Below are positions 33,472-45,074 of a DNA stretch of 64,000 nt, piece after piece. The position numbers were made by a program, and so were the translations under genes. How positions within the stretch are numbered: position 1 is the first letter of the stretch; each line of letters opens with the position of its first letter. This DNA is from Dehalococcoidia bacterium (GTDB lineage: Bacteria; Chloroflexota; Dehalococcoidia; Lucifugimonadales; UBA2985): assembly GCA_965263185.1 (NCBI GenBank), contig OZ253588.1, positions 311,611 to 375,610 on the forward strand, in the 5' to 3' direction. The notes beneath the pieces are model-generated. The model saw only the letters and a list, made by a program, of their open reading frames with translations, made no database searches and had not been told where the DNA came from.

Positions 33472-34506
33472 TCACAGGAGCCTCCTCTGCTCTCTCAGGC
33501 CGAGCTTGGCCATAGCCGCCTCTCCTATCTTGCGTCCACCGGGTGTTCTGAGCACAAACCCGGTCTTCAACAGGAACGGCTCCACCACATCCACAAGGGT
33601 CTGCACCTCCTCGTTCACAGTGGCAGCCAGGGCGTCTATGCCAACCGGACCGCCGCGGTAGTTCTCTGCGATGGTGGTCAGATACAGCCTGTCGAGCCGG
33701 TCCAGCCCCAGTTCGTCCACGCCCTCTCTGGTCAAGGCGGTATCCGCCACCTCCCGGTTTATGAAACCCTGGCTCCTCACCTGGGCATAATCCCTCACCC
33801 GCCGCAGCAGTCGATTCGCCACCCTTGGCGTCCCCCTGGAACGGCTTGCGATCTCACTGGCGCCCTCCGGGTCTATGCTCACACCGAGGATTTCCGAAGA
33901 ACGCTTCACCACTTCGGTCAACTCCTCCGTCGAGTAGAAGTCCAGGTGGTAGACCATCCCGAAGCGGTCCCGAAGTGGTGGGGTGAGAAGTCCCGCCCTG
34001 GTAGTTGCTCCAATGAGGGTAAACCGCTTCAGCTGAAACGGAAGTGTCCTGGCATACGCTCCCTTTCCGGTAACAAAGTCCACCTGGAAGTCCTCCATAG
34101 CGGAGTAAAGGTACTCCTCCACCGTATGTGGCAGCCGGTGTATTTCGTCTATGAACAGGGCCTCCCCTTCGTTGAGGTTGGACAGGACACCCACAATATC
34201 CAGCGGCTTTTCCAGGGCCGGGCCGGAGGTGTGGACTATTTCGGCTCCCATCTCCCTGGCAATGATATGTGCCAGGGTGGTCTTCCCCAATCCGGGCGGC
34301 CCGTGAAACAGCACATGCTCCAAGGGCTCCCGTCGCTCTCTTGCGGCGGCTATGGCAATGCCGATGCTCTCCACCACCAGCGTCTGGCCCACGTACTCAG
34401 GGAGTGTGCGGGGACGCAGGTTCCATATCAGACCCTCTTCACGTCCCTGCTCCGCCTCTACCTGCGGTTCCGGGCCGTCTCCCTTTATGACGCGTTCTCT
34501 AGCCAT
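33472..34506 (-). CDS. ruvB: Holliday junction branch migration helicase RuvB
   Basis: GPPGLGKTTLA, FIDEIHRL, GATTRAG, RGTPRVANRLLRRVRD. Confidence 0.97.
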   Translation of the reverse strand: MARERVIKGDGPEPQVEAEQGREEGLIWNLRPRTLPEYVGQTLVVESIGIAIAAARERREPLEHVLFHGPPGLGKTTLAHIIAREMGAEIVHTSGPALEKPLDIVGVLSNLNEGEALFIDEIHRLPHTVEEYLYSAMEDFQVDFVTGKGAYARTLPFQLKRFTLIGATTRAGLLTPPLRDRFGMVYHLDFYSTEELTEVVKRSSEILGVSIDPEGASEIASRSRGTPRVANRLLRRVRDYAQVRSQGFINREVADTALTREGVDELGLDRLDRLYLTTIAENYRGGPVGIDALAATVNEEVQTLVDVVEPFLLKTGFVLRTPGGRKIGEAAMAKLGLREQRRLL

Positions 34507-35148
34507 CTATTCGCCCGACCCACGTTCCATCCTGAAGACCTCTCTCAGCAGCTCCTGGGGGTCCTTTGCATTGGATACAACCTTAGCCGCCTCCTCCACC
34601 TTCTGCCTGGCGTCCGCACGACGATGTCCCAGGTTCACCAGCACACTCACCACCTCTTCCTGAGCGTCCCCGCGCGCCGGAGCGGTGGGGACGGTGGCAT
34701 AGCCCTCGTCCCTGAGCAAGGCCCACTCAGCCACCTTGCCCCTCAGCGTGGCCACCATCTTGTCCGCAGTCCTCCGTCCTATTCCTGGCATCCTCACCAG
34801 CAGGGCGGTATCGCCATCCTCTATTGCTTTGGCGATGGTGGAAACGGAGAAAACCAGCGCACGCGCTGCGGTGCTGACCCCCACGTCCTCCACCTGAATG
34901 AGCTTCTCGAAGAAAGTGCGCTCGAACTCTTTCCGGAATCCCACCAGGACCGGCTTTGGCTGCCTCTCCGAGGCGTGGAAGTACACCTCCATCTCCACGT
35001 CATCGCCCTCGCTCTTTTCCTCTTCGTTCAGTGAGCGCATGACAAAGTAGGGCAGCAGAAGTTCATACCCAACGCCCCCGACGTCCAGGACAACGCGGGC
35101 CTCATCCTGGTACATACGCCGAATAGTGCCCTTGAGGTAGTTTATCAC
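34507..35148 (-). CDS. ruvA: Holliday junction branch migration protein RuvA
   Basis: MINYLKG, GGVGYE, HhH motifs (PGIGRRTA), between ruvC and ruvB. Confidence 0.92.
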   Translation of the reverse strand: MINYLKGTIRRMYQDEARVVLDVGGVGYELLLPYFVMRSLNEEEKSEGDDVEMEVYFHASERQPKPVLVGFRKEFERTFFEKLIQVEDVGVSTAARALVFSVSTIAKAIEDGDTALLVRMPGIGRRTADKMVATLRGKVAEWALLRDEGYATVPTAPARGDAQEEVVSVLVNLGHRRADARQKVEEAAKVVSNAKDPQELLREVFRMERGSGE

Positions 35149-35154
35149 TGCCTG

Positions 35155-35685
35155 TCACACCACCGCACGGGTCTTCAGGTTGCCCCGGACATTCGAGCCG
35201 AACGCGGACGCTCCGATCGTCTGCCAATGGCACAAAGCCAGAGCCAGGGCGTCTGCCACGTCGTTGGGCTCCGGGAGTCGCGGAAGGGAGAGCCGCGTCT
35301 GGACTGCCCTCTGGATCTGGGCCTTGCCGGCTCTACCGCTCCCCACCATGGAGTGCTTGACTTGGGTGGAAGCGTAGCTGAACAGGGGTGTGTCGCTCTG
35401 AGCCGCCACCAGGCAGGCCACGCCGCGAGCGTGACCCATGAGGACCGCCGTGCTGGGATGCGCATAGTGAGAGTAGACCTCTTCCAGGGCCATCGCGTCG
35501 GGAGGGTACTCGTCCACCACCTCGCGCAGGCCGTCGTAGAGGGTGGCCAATCTCTGCTCTATGGGCGTGGAGGAAGTCCCGCCCCGGATGACCCCCCCCT
35601 CCCTCAACCACACGTCACTTCCCAGGGCCTCTATCACCCCGTAACCCATTCGAAGAAGGCCGGGATCCACTCCAAGAAGGATCAT
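35155..35685 (-). CDS. ruvC: crossover junction endodeoxyribonuclease RuvC
   Basis: LGVDPG...GYG, ALEE, GHARGV, GSGRAGKAQI, DVADALALALCH. Confidence 0.94.
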   Translation of the reverse strand: MILLGVDPGLLRMGYGVIEALGSDVWLREGGVIRGGTSSTPIEQRLATLYDGLREVVDEYPPDAMALEEVYSHYAHPSTAVLMGHARGVACLVAAQSDTPLFSYASTQVKHSMVGSGRAGKAQIQRAVQTRLSLPRLPEPNDVADALALALCHWQTIGASAFGSNVRGNLKTRAVV

Positions 35686-35881
35686 CAACTCACCCCTTGC
35701 CGGCATCCTAATGACGCTCATTCTAGGGATCTTTCCCAGGGGGGTCAATGCACGGGGCGGAGCGGGTTAGCCGGAAAGCAGGCGCCCAGGCTTTCCGTTA
35801 TCCCAGGCTATGGCAGCCTCCCGAACCCGAGGCCAGTCCCTGCGCTCTCGATGTGTCAGGCGACGGGCCGCCCGGCCCCAT

Positions 35882-36739
35882 CTACGGCCTGACGGCGACT
35901 ATCTCCAGCCAGTTGCGCGTGATGAAGCTCACCTTCATCTCCTCGAACACCTGGGCCGCCCCCTTCTGAAGGGCCTCGCTGGCTTGCTGCAAGGGCACGC
36001 CCGGCATGACGCCGGTTATCCAGTCCTCGAACTGGCTTATGAGCACCCAACCCTCAAGGGGAACCTCGACGGTGTTGACGCGTTGCTCCTTGATCTCAAA
36101 GCCGCGCTCCTTGAGAAGCTGAGTGTACTGCTCCACGGTCAGATGCTGGCGGGCCTCCACCTTATTCGCCTTGACTGGCGACAGGCCGTACTCCGAGCGC
36201 AGAATACGCAGAGATCTGAACATCCACCGCCGATACCACTCCAAAGTCTCCGGGGGATGCCCACCCTCATAGAATGAGGTATTGAAGGCAAAGACCCCAC
36301 CGCTACGAAGTGTGGAGAAGACCTCGTCGGAAAGCCGGGACTTGTCGGGCACAAGGTGTATGGCATTGCAGAACACCACCGCGTCCACCCTCTCACGGAT
36401 TAGCTGCGATAGCTGCTCCGCCCGCCCCAGGACGAACTCCACCATAGCGTCCTTGGCGTTGCTCAGGTCTTCCTTTGCCTGCTTGAGCGCGAAGGTCGAG
36501 AGGTCTACGCCGATGACCAAGCTGTCCTTGGCTCCCTTCAGCTTCTGCAGAATGATCTTTGTCACGCCGCCGGTCCCACATGCCAGATCTACGACATGCT
36601 GGCCTGGGCGTACCTGGGAGAGCTCCACCAGGTCGGTGTTGATCTTCTGGTAGAATGGCGCGCTGGCAAAGGCGGCAAAGGAGAAGTCCTCACGCCCGCC
36701 CGCTTTGTCCTCGTTTTCTGACATGGTCGATTCCCCCAT
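35882..36739 (-). CDS. class I SAM-dependent methyltransferase
   Basis: VVDLACGTGG, GVDLS, GRAE motifs. Confidence 0.85.
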   Translation of the reverse strand: MGESTMSENEDKAGGREDFSFAAFASAPFYQKINTDLVELSQVRPGQHVVDLACGTGGVTKIILQKLKGAKDSLVIGVDLSTFALKQAKEDLSNAKDAMVEFVLGRAEQLSQLIRERVDAVVFCNAIHLVPDKSRLSDEVFSTLRSGGVFAFNTSFYEGGHPPETLEWYRRWMFRSLRILRSEYGLSPVKANKVEARQHLTVEQYTQLLKERGFEIKEQRVNTVEVPLEGWVLISQFEDWITGVMPGVPLQQASEALQKGAAQVFEEMKVSFITRNWLEIVAVRP

Positions 36740-36918
36740 CTTAATTATCTATTCGCCACATTAAGCCCCACTGATCTTCCCCCGCGCGGGGACACGCCAG
36801 CGGGCCTGGCCGCCAGCCCACCCCCATAATACTAGACGGGACGAGTCCAGGTCAACGCCATTGCAAAATTAGTCAAGCGCCATCCTGCCGCGCAAAGCGC
36901 ATAGAGCCTCCTCGGCCC

Positions 36919-37770
36919 TCATGGTATCCAGGCCAGAATGGCGCGTTGCTTTCCCGCCAGGTCATCGTGAAGGGTGAAGCTGGCATCCGGGACGATGGAG
37001 CGAGCCAGCGAACATACCGCCTCGCCCTGCCCGGGGAACAGCTCCATGATGAAGCACCCCGGCCTGCGAAGTTTCGACAGGGCCTGTGGCACAAGGGCCC
37101 GTATCACCTCAAGGCCGCCGTCGCCGCCATCCAGAGAGACCAGGGTCTCTGTCCGCACCTCCCTGGAGAGATATGGAAGCTCCGTCCTTGGAATGTACGG
37201 AGGGTTGCTGACGACGATATCCAGGTCGCCAGGCGCCGGCCCCATCAGGTTGCCATCCAGAATAGTTACCCTGTCCTCCACCATGTGGTCACGGCAGTTG
37301 AGCGCGGCCATGTCCAGCGACAGCGTGGATATGTCCGTGGCGTACACAACCGCCTGGGGCAAGTGCACTGCCAGCGCAACGGCTATGGCGCCGCTCCCGG
37401 TGCATACGTCAGCTATGCGAAGAGGTCTGTCGGCCGGAAAGGTCCCGGCAGCCTCCAGGGCCAGATCCACCAGCAACTCCGTCTCCGGGCGTGGAATGAA
37501 GACCCTTGAGCTCACCCTTATGTTGAGCCCATAGAACTCTTTGTATCCACCGATGTAGGGCCAGGGCTCGCCATTAAAGCGCCTGGCCAGGTCGCGGGCC
37601 AGCGCTTGCCGTTCTTCCTGGGTCACCACCCTGTCCGGAGAGGAGTAGAGTCCGGCCCTGTCCAGTCCCAGCGCCTTCATAAGGAACAGGTCGGCCTCCA
37701 GGGTAGCCTCCTCTATGCCATGTCCCGCCAGGGACCGGCGTGTCTCTTCAAGGAGCAGCGCCAGTGTCAA
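36919..37770 (-). CDS. prmC: release factor glutamine methyltransferase
   Basis: FIPRPETELLV, DVCTGSGAIA, SNPPY, LDGGDGGL; directly after prfA. Confidence 0.94.
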   Translation of the reverse strand: MTLALLLEETRRSLAGHGIEEATLEADLFLMKALGLDRAGLYSSPDRVVTQEERQALARDLARRFNGEPWPYIGGYKEFYGLNIRVSSRVFIPRPETELLVDLALEAAGTFPADRPLRIADVCTGSGAIAVALAVHLPQAVVYATDISTLSLDMAALNCRDHMVEDRVTILDGNLMGPAPGDLDIVVSNPPYIPRTELPYLSREVRTETLVSLDGGDGGLEVIRALVPQALSKLRRPGCFIMELFPGQGEAVCSLARSIVPDASFTLHDDLAGKQRAILAWIP

Positions 37771-37771
37771 A

Positions 37772-38836
37772 TTAAGCCTCCTGTAGCAGGCGGGCCTGCT
37801 CTTGAGCGGCCAGCTCATCTATGAACTCGTCCAGCCCGCCCAATAGAATCCGCTCCAGATTGTGACTGGTAACGCCTATCCTGTGATCCGTGACCCGGTT
37901 CTGTGGGAAGTTGTACGTGCGCACCTTCTCAGAGCGGTCTCCGGTCCCCACCTGGGAACGGCGCGATGCCGCCTGATCCTCCTGCTGCCTGCTGATCTCT
38001 CTGTCCAGCAGGCGGGCGCTCAGTACTCCCATAGCTCGCTGTTTGTTCTTGAGTTGAGACCGCTCGTCCTGGCATATAGCCACAATCCCGGTGGGGTTAT
38101 GGATTATGCGCACCGCCGTAGCCACCTTCTGCACGTTCTGTCCGCCATGCCCGCTTGCATGGAATATGTCGATGCGAAGGTCGTTGGGGTCTATGTCCAC
38201 CTCCACCTCCTCCGCCTTAGGCAGGACGGCCACCGTAGCTGCGGAGGTGTGGAGGCGGCCCTGCGTTTCGGTGGTGGGCACACGCTGCACCCGATGGCCG
38301 CCGCTCTCGTGTTTGAGACGGTTGAAGGCCCCCTTGCCATTGACCTCGAAAACCACCTCTTTGAACCCGCCAATGCCGGTTGGGTTGGAGTCGATGACAT
38401 CCACATTCCACCCCTTGACCTGGGCATACCGCGCGTACATGCGGTACAGGTCTCCCGCAAAGAGGGCTGCCTCCTCTCCCCCTGTGCCGGCCCTTATCTC
38501 GACTATCACATCCCGGTCGTCGTTGCGGTCCTTGGGCAGCAGCGACAGGCGCATCCGGTCCTCCAGGCGCTCCTTTTGCTCCCCCAGAGACCACAGCTCC
38601 TCCTGGGCCATCGCCCTGATGTCCTCCTCGCGGCTTTCGCTGAGGATGGCCCTGGTCTCCTCCATCTGCCGCGCAACCTGGGTGTGCTGATTGAAGAGAG
38701 CGACGATGTCCTCCAGGGTTGCGCGCTCCTTGGCCAACTCCTGGACCCGCTCATGGTCGGTCGCTATCTCCGGACGCGCCAACAGGTCTTCTATCTCGAC
38801 GAATCTCTCTTTAAGGGCTTGCAATCTATCCAGCAT
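37772..38836 (-). CDS. prfA: peptide chain release factor 1
   Basis: [21 protein letters not shown] (PxT), GGQ, RTYNFPQ. Confidence 0.96.
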   Translation of the reverse strand: MLDRLQALKERFVEIEDLLARPEIATDHERVQELAKERATLEDIVALFNQHTQVARQMEETRAILSESREEDIRAMAQEELWSLGEQKERLEDRMRLSLLPKDRNDDRDVIVEIRAGTGGEEAALFAGDLYRMYARYAQVKGWNVDVIDSNPTGIGGFKEVVFEVNGKGAFNRLKHESGGHRVQRVPTTETQGRLHTSAATVAVLPKAEEVEVDIDPNDLRIDIFHASGHGGQNVQKVATAVRIIHNPTGIVAICQDERSQLKNKQRAMGVLSARLLDREISRQQEDQAASRRSQVGTGDRSEKVRTYNFPQNRVTDHRIGVTSHNLERILLGGLDEFIDELAAQEQARLLQEA

Positions 38837-39026
38837 GGCTACGTCTTTTATAAAGCTCCGGTAGGAGTGGCATATACCGGCTATTATGGAGCTTTTAGCG
38901 TTATCTTTCAACGCCTTTGGCCCGCTGACTCCCTCGCGCCGCCGTTGAACCCCCGGTGAGTGAGTGATACAATCCCTGAACGGGCTAGTGGCTCCGCCAC
39001 CAGCCCCTTTGGATATTGGAGTGAAC

Positions 39027-42000
39027 ATGGCGCTTTCAGAATTCTTCACGCTTCTCTCCCGGAGATCGAGTCACCGGGACCTCATTGAATTGCTGAAGCC
39101 GGGAGGAGCCGCCGGCCATGCCGTCATGCTTGACTCCGCCATCCCCTACTACGTAGCGGCGTTGCGAAGCCAGATGAACGCCCCAGTCCTGATGCTGACG
39201 CCACGGCCCGAAAGGGCGCGCCAGGTGTACGAAGACATCCTGGTATGGTGCGGAGAGGACGCGGATGTCTACAACCTCCCGGAAGGAGAAACGCTACCCT
39301 TCGAGCGGCTCATGGCCGACGATGCGACAACACAGGCGCGTATACAGGCGCTGTCGGCCCTGCTGGCCCCGGACGCCGAGAGCCGTCGAACTCCACCGAT
39401 AGTCGTTGCGTCCGTGGCGGCCATATCGCAAAAGACCCTTGCCAGGAGCGCCTTCCAGGACGCCTGCCACCATTTAGCCGTGGGCCAACGGGTTGACCTG
39501 GCGGACCTCATGGGCCGTTGGCAAAGGATGGGGTATCGCGTGGAGCAGACGGTGGATGCGCCGGGCGCTGTGAGCCGGCGCGGAGGCATCCTGGACATCT
39601 ACCCCCCCGTAGCGGAACTGCCCGCCCGCATTGAGCTGGTTGGAGACCTGGTGGAGAGCATCCGCCTCTTTGACCCCACCTCACAGCGCTCCGTGAAGCC
39701 GGTCGAAAGGGTATTCATCCTGCCGGCCCAGGAGGCGCTGCCCGCCCTTGCAAGCCAGGATGAGGCGCAGGAGCTATACAATCGCATAGACGCCTCCAAC
39801 TGCTCCCCTGCTACACAGGAGCGAATCAAGGAGGAGATGGCGCTGCTCCTGGAGGGCCATGCGCTGGAAGACCCAGGCCTCTACAGCGGGTTCTTCTGTC
39901 ATGGTCAGCCCCTGGACTTTCTTCCCCCGGACGGCCTTCTGGTTGTGGAGTGGCCGTGGGCAACGGGGAAAGAGGCGCTTGACGCGGAGGAGAGGGTCGG
40001 GGAGCTGAGGACGGCCAAGGAGCGTCGAGGCGACGTGCCACATGGCTTCCCATCGCTTCACGTCCCCTGGGATGAGGTCGATAAACGGCTGTCCTCGACG
40101 TCGAGACGGCTGGATATTTCCCACTGGACATCCAGCATCGATTACGACAATGGGCCGCCACCCGTTGAATTGGGGTTCCTCCCGTCCAAAAGCTACCGGG
40201 GGCGCCTGGATGACCTTGCCAAGGACATCGAAGGCTGGCAGAAGAATGGCGACCGCGTGGTGATGGTGTCGCACTACGCCGCCCGTCTGGTGGAGGTTAT
40301 GCAGGCGCAAGGGATCTCCGTGCAGGTGGACGGGAAGCTCACGAGAGGCTTGGACAGAGGCTCTGTCGGCATAATCCGCGGCTCTCTGGCCGAAGGGTGG
40401 AGCCTTCCATTGGAAGACTCTACCTTCCGTGTACTCACGGACGCGGAGATTATGGGACAGGCAAAGGAGCGTCCTGTGAGGCGGAGGACGCCCGTGCCGC
40501 GAGCAGCCTTCCTCTCCGGCCTGGAGCCTGGGAGCTACCTGGTCCACGTTGAGCACGGAATCGGACGGTTTGCCGGGACCAGCCACATTGGGGACGAAGA
40601 GCGTGAGAGGGAGTATCTGGTGCTGGAGTACGCCGAGGGCGACAAACTCTACGTGCCCACAGACCAGCTGGACAGGGTATCTCCATACGTGGCCCCGGGG
40701 GAACGTCTGCCCGCCCTTACGCGCCTTAGCACACAGGAGTGGAGCCGTTCTAAGGCGAGGGCAAAGGCGTCCACCAGGGAGCTGGCAGAGCAGCTCCTGG
40801 CCCTCTACGCTTCCAGAGAAGTTGCCCAGGGAATAGCCTTCTCCCCGGATACGCCCTGGCAGCGTGAGATGGAAGACTCCTTCCCCTACGAGGAAACCCT
40901 CGATCAGCTGCAGAGCATCCGTGACATCAAGTCGGATATGGAGGCCTCCAGACCCATGGACCGGCTGGTGTGCGGCGACGTGGGCTATGGCAAGACAGAG
41001 GTGGCCCTTAGGGCAGCATTCAAGGCTGTAATGAACGGCCTGCAGGTGGCCGTTCTGGCCCCTACCACCGTGCTGACCCAGCAGCACTATACCACCTTTA
41101 CCCAGCGGCTCGCCTCCTTCCCAGTGCGTATCGAGGCGCTGAGTCGTTTCCGCAGCCCGGAGGAGCAGCGACAGGTGACGGAGAGCCTGGCGGCCGGCCA
41201 GGTGGACATATGTATCGGCACCCACCGCCTGCTACAGAAGGATGTCTCCTTCAAGAACCTGGGGCTGGTGATAGTGGACGAAGAGCAGCACTTCGGCGTC
41301 GCCCACAAGGAACGCCTGAAGGGGCTGCGGAAGGATGCGGACATCCTCACCCTGAGCGCCACACCCATACCGCGGACATTGCACATGGCCCTGTCCGGAG
41401 TAAGGGACATGAGTACCATAGAGACGCCTCCTGAAGAGAGGCTATCCATCAAGACCTACGTGTCGGAGTACAGCGAGGATCTGGTGCGAGAAGCCATTCT
41501 GCGAGAGATGGACCGGGGCGGCCAGGTCTTCTTCCTTCACAACAGGGTACGCACAATCGCCGAAGCCGCCGAGAAGGTTAGAAGAATCGTCCCGGAGGCT
41601 ATTGTAACCGTCGGCCACGGCCAGATGCCGGAGGATGTCCTGGAGAAGGTCATGGCTAACTTCGCCCAGAACAAGAGCGACGTGCTTGTGTGCACCACCA
41701 TCATAGAGGCCGGACTGGACATGCCCAATGTCAACACCCTCATAATAGACAGGGCGGACATGCTGGGGTTGGCCCAGCTCTACCAGTTGAGGGGTCGGGT
41801 TGGAAGGAGCGCCAACAGGGCCTACGCCTACCTCATGGTCCCCCGACAGTACCGCATCACGGAGACCGCGGAGAAACGGCTTAAGACCATCCTTGCCGCC
41901 ACGGAGTTGGGATCGGGATTCCACATCGCCATGAGAGACCTGGAGATAAGGGGCGCGGGCAACATCCTTGGCGCCGAGCAGAGCGGACACATCCACGCCA

Positions 42001-42548
42001 TAGGCTATGACCTGTACTCACAGCTGCTGTCCCAGGCCGTAGAGGAGCTGAGGGGGCAACAGGACGGCTCCGTGGACGGCGTGGACGGCGCCCCTCAGCA
42101 CACCGATACGAAGGTGGACCTTCCCATATCGGCGTACATACCCCTCAGCTACATCCCTCATCTCACCACCCGCCTAGGCGTCTACCAACGCCTGGCCAGG
42201 CCGCTGCGCCGGGATGAGATAGAGCCGTTGAGCGAAGAGATCAGGGACAGATTCGGCCCACTGCCAAGACCGGTCAGGGACCTATTGTACGTGGTGGAGC
42301 TCAAGGCCATGGCGCGGGAGGTCGGCGCGGAATCCATATCCAGGGACGGCAAGGTGGCGGTGATACACCTCAGGGAACCAGTGGGAGGAGCGCGGGTGGC
42401 CTTGCAGAAATCTCTGGGTGCGACACCCAGAGTCGGCTACAGCCAGATACGCGTGCCCCTTCGCGATAGCTGGAAGCGGGACCTTGTTCAGACCCTGGAG
42501 GGTCTCGCCGCCTTCAGGGCCGGGGCGCTGGCCCTTTCAGGTGCATAG
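39027..42548 (+). CDS. mfd: transcription-repair coupling factor
   Basis: UvrB-like RGGILDI, Car[48 protein letters not shown]. Confidence 0.96.
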   Translation: MALSEFFTLLSRRSSHRDLIELLKPGGAAGHAVMLDSAIPYYVAALRSQMNAPVLMLTPRPERARQVYEDILVWCGEDADVYNLPEGETLPFERLMADDATTQARIQALSALLAPDAESRRTPPIVVASVAAISQKTLARSAFQDACHHLAVGQRVDLADLMGRWQRMGYRVEQTVDAPGAVSRRGGILDIYPPVAELPARIELVGDLVESIRLFDPTSQRSVKPVERVFILPAQEALPALASQDEAQELYNRIDASNCSPATQERIKEEMALLLEGHALEDPGLYSGFFCHGQPLDFLPPDGLLVVEWPWATGKEALDAEERVGELRTAKERRGDVPHGFPSLHVPWDEVDKRLSSTSRRLDISHWTSSIDYDNGPPPVELGFLPSKSYRGRLDDLAKDIEGWQKNGDRVVMVSHYAARLVEVMQAQGISVQVDGKLTRGLDRGSVGIIRGSLAEGWSLPLEDSTFRVLTDAEIMGQAKERPVRRRTPVPRAAFLSGLEPGSYLVHVEHGIGRFAGTSHIGDEEREREYLVLEYAEGDKLYVPTDQLDRVSPYVAPGERLPALTRLSTQEWSRSKARAKASTRELAEQLLALYASREVAQGIAFSPDTPWQREMEDSFPYEETLDQLQSIRDIKSDMEASRPMDRLVCGDVGYGKTEVALRAAFKAVMNGLQVAVLAPTTVLTQQHYTTFTQRLASFPVRIEALSRFRSPEEQRQVTESLAAGQVDICIGTHRLLQKDVSFKNLGLVIVDEEQHFGVAHKERLKGLRKDADILTLSATPIPRTLHMALSGVRDMSTIETPPEERLSIKTYVSEYSEDLVREAILREMDRGGQVFFLHNRVRTIAEAAEKVRRIVPEAIVTVGHGQMPEDVLEKVMANFAQNKSDVLVCTTIIEAGLDMPNVNTLIIDRADMLGLAQLYQLRGRVGRSANRAYAYLMVPRQYRITETAEKRLKTILAATELGSGFHIAMRDLEIRGAGNILGAEQSGHIHAIGYDLYSQLLSQAVEELRGQQDGSVDGVDGAPQHTDTKVDLPISAYIPLSYIPHLTTRLGVYQRLARPLRRDEIEPLSEEIRDRFGPLPRPVRDLLYVVELKAMAREVGAESISRDGKVAVIHLREPVGGARVALQKSLGATPRVGYSQIRVPLRDSWKRDLVQTLEGLAAFRAGALALSGA

Positions 42549-42556
42549 ACCGCCGG

Positions 42557-43282
42557 CTAGCTCTCAAGGTCGCCGGTATCCAGTCCTTGTACCAGGTCCA
42601 CCAACTCCGCAAGCCCCTCAATGCGGGGGTAGTCTCCGGGAGCTTTGCTCAGCCTGTCCCTGTCCAGGAGCACAGGGCGAATCCCAACCCCCAGGGCGCC
42701 CTTGACGTCGGTCTCGTACTGATCGCCGACATGGATGGCCTCCCGTGGCTCTGCACCGGCCCTTCGCAGCGCCTCCAGAAAGATGGGCGGATGTGGCTTG
42801 CCAGCGCCTGCGTCCCGCGAGGTAATCGCGAAGTCCAGGTAAGGAGAGAGCCCAAGGTCTTGGCACACCTTATTCATGTCACCCTCGTTGTTGGAGAGCA
42901 GCCCCAGGGCAAGCCCCCGCTTCTTGAGCGCGTCCAGGGTGGGAAGAGCGTCATCGAAAGTGGCATACCCGTATGAGAACTGCCTGAGCCGTGCGCTCAC
43001 CTCCAAGGCCAACTCCAGCGATACCTCCACCCCCGCCCCATGAAGGATGAGGCGCTGGTACTCCGCAAAGAAGTCCTTAACGCCCTGGCTGCTCCGGTTT
43101 CGGAGGGGCAGCTTTGCCACCTCCCTTGCCATGTAGTCGTCCGCGAGGGCGTAGCCTCGTGTGACTCCCTCTGGAGTGACCCGGATGCCAAACTCGCCGC
43201 ATGCCCTGGCCTGGATCTCCTCCCTGGGCGGATCGAACCTGGCCAGCGTATTGTAAAAGTCGAAGAAAACGGCCTTGATCAC
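42557..43282 (-). CDS. HAD-IA family hydrolase
   Basis: IKAVFFDFYNTL, LSN, KPHPPIF, HVGDQYETDV.GA. Confidence 0.9.
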   Translation of the reverse strand: MIKAVFFDFYNTLARFDPPREEIQARACGEFGIRVTPEGVTRGYALADDYMAREVAKLPLRNRSSQGVKDFFAEYQRLILHGAGVEVSLELALEVSARLRQFSYGYATFDDALPTLDALKKRGLALGLLSNNEGDMNKVCQDLGLSPYLDFAITSRDAGAGKPHPPIFLEALRRAGAEPREAIHVGDQYETDVKGALGVGIRPVLLDRDRLSKAPGDYPRIEGLAELVDLVQGLDTGDLES

Positions 43283-43369
43283 CTCACCGGCAACTCCTTG
43301 CGAGAACGTAGGCTGCAGGCTAATCGTAGCACACGCGGCAAATGTACATGGGAAAGCTTCACAAAGGCC

Positions 43370-43398
43370 TTGACGGGCAGGTTTAATGAATATACAAT
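43370..43398 (+). promoter_or_regulatory. sigma70-type promoter of brnTA
   Basis: TTGACG-N17-TACAAT. Confidence 0.6.
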
Positions 43399-43670
43399 AT
43401 GAAGCAGAGTATGAATGGGACGAAGCCAAACGAGAAGAAAACCTACGGAAGCATGGCGTAGACTTTGCAACCATGGAGCGCTTTGAGTGGGACACAGCAG
43501 TGGTTGAGCGGAGTGACAGGCATGGTGAAATACGGTTCACAGGCGTAGGCTACATGGGAGACCGCTTACATCAAGTCGTGTTCACAGAGCGTGGAGACAC
43601 CACGCGCATAATCAGCTTGCGCAGGGCCGGCGTAGAAGAGAGGAGAAGATATGCTCAAACTGACAATTGA
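43386..43670 (+). CDS. brnT: BrnT family toxin (DUF497)
   Basis: YEWDEAK...N.RKHGVDF, VVFTERG...RIISLRRA...ERR.Y. Confidence 0.9.
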   Translation: MNIQYEAEYEWDEAKREENLRKHGVDFATMERFEWDTAVVERSDRHGEIRFTGVGYMGDRLHQVVFTERGDTTRIISLRRAGVEERRRYAQTDN

Positions 43671-44037
43671 CGAGCTTGCTGCAAGCCAAACGACATTTGA
43701 AGATATTGAGGCGGAGTACGGGGAAGAAACGGCTATTAAAGTGGGCATAGCCAGGGATCCGGACGCTCCCGAACTGGACGATGACTGGTTCGCCCGAGCG
43801 CGTCCTGCCGCTGAGGTGGTACCGCGCGTTGTGGAGCGGTGGCGCAGGACGCGCGGCAAGCAGAAAACGCCAACCAAAAAGTCAATTTCCATTCGGCTGG
43901 ACACCGACGTACTTGCTTACTATCGCGCCACAGGGAGAGGGTGGCAGAGCCGCATAAATGAGGCGCTTCGCAGGTACACTGTGGAGCCGGAGCGGGCAAC
44001 GTCAGAACCGCCAGAAGAGGAGTCCGAGAAGGGTTGA
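43651..44037 (+). CDS. brnA: BrnA family antitoxin (DUF4415)
   Basis: DPDAPEL, RG.QK.P.K..ISIRLD.DVL..YRATG.GWQSRINEALR. Confidence 0.9.
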   Translation: MLKLTIDELAASQTTFEDIEAEYGEETAIKVGIARDPDAPELDDDWFARARPAAEVVPRVVERWRRTRGKQKTPTKKSISIRLDTDVLAYYRATGRGWQSRINEALRRYTVEPERATSEPPEEESEKG

Positions 44038-44268
44038 GACCCCGTATCGCGCAGTCAATGGGGGCAATTTCTATCACCCAGTAGAGGTGGCGCGGAGCCG
44101 TCAGCTTGAATACATTGGTTTATGCTGATAGCAAGCGGTGGTACTTACCCGACCAACGCGCTTCGAGGCAGTCCACGCGCAGGCGCTCCCGCGCCGCGCG
44201 GGAGCCGATGAGGTTCTGCTCCTCTTCCCAGGTCCTACAGCCAACTAGGCGCTACAGCTAGTTGCAAG

Positions 44269-45000
44269 ATGAGGGAGGCAAAGCAAGGTTTGAGTCTGCT
44301 CAAAGGCATCGCTAGGCTGGCGTCCGGGTCGCTGGATCTGCTGTATCCGCCCAGGTGCGTTGGCTGCAATAAAGAGGGGCAGTTCCTCTGCTCCATCTGC
44401 CTCCACGCCCTGCCGCGGCTCGTCGCCCCCTATTGTCGTATCTGCGCTGAGCCGGTTGTCCGCGGAGACCTGTGCCGGGGTTGCCGTGAATCTCCCCTGG
44501 CTATAGATGGCATCCGCTCCCCGTTCCTTATGGAAGGCGCCATCAGGGAGGCCGTGCACCGCCTCAAGTACAACAACCTCCGGGCCATAGCGCCACTTCT
44601 GGGAGGGCTCCTGGCGGACTTCCTGACTGCGCAGCAGGTGCGAGGGGACTGCCTGGTCCCAGTTCCGCTTCACAGTCGACGCGAGCGGCAGCGAGGCTAC
44701 AACCAGGCGTACCTGCTGGCAGGAGAAGCGGGGAAACGGCTGGACATCTCTGTCATACCCCAGGCCCTCTCGCGTCTGAGCAACGCGCCTCCACAGGCCA
44801 AGAGCCTTACGGCTCAGGAGAGAAGGGACAACGTCGTGGGCTCTTTCCACTGTCCTGCTCCCTCTCCGGTAGCGGGGTTGGAGGTACTGCTGGTAGACGA
44901 CGTTTGCACCACCGGCGCCACCCTGGAGGCATGCGCCCTTGCCCTCAAGGCATCGGGGGCCTCCTGCGTGTGGGGCGTAACCCTGGCTCGCGAGGCCTGA
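44269..45000 (+). CDS. comF: ComF family protein (double zinc ribbon + PRTase)
   Basis: LLYPPRCVGC, four CxxC, VPVPLH..R..QRGYNQA, LLVDDVCTTGATL. Confidence 0.9.
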   Translation: MREAKQGLSLLKGIARLASGSLDLLYPPRCVGCNKEGQFLCSICLHALPRLVAPYCRICAEPVVRGDLCRGCRESPLAIDGIRSPFLMEGAIREAVHRLKYNNLRAIAPLLGGLLADFLTAQQVRGDCLVPVPLHSRRERQRGYNQAYLLAGEAGKRLDISVIPQALSRLSNAPPQAKSLTAQERRDNVVGSFHCPAPSPVAGLEVLLVDDVCTTGATLEACALALKASGASCVWGVTLAREA

Positions 45001-45045
45001 GAAGGCCGGAGCAGGCGAGGAAGTATTGCCGCGGTGATCGCGGCG

Positions 45046-45074
45046 TTGACAGCCTGGACGCCATTCTCTAAACT
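45046..45074 (+). promoter_or_regulatory. sigma70-type promoter of glyA
   Basis: TTGACA-N17-TAAACT. Confidence 0.65.

Noticed and set aside
44040-44260. Possible gene remnant or ncRNA after brnA
   Set aside because: Only a short GC hairpin; no recognisable motif
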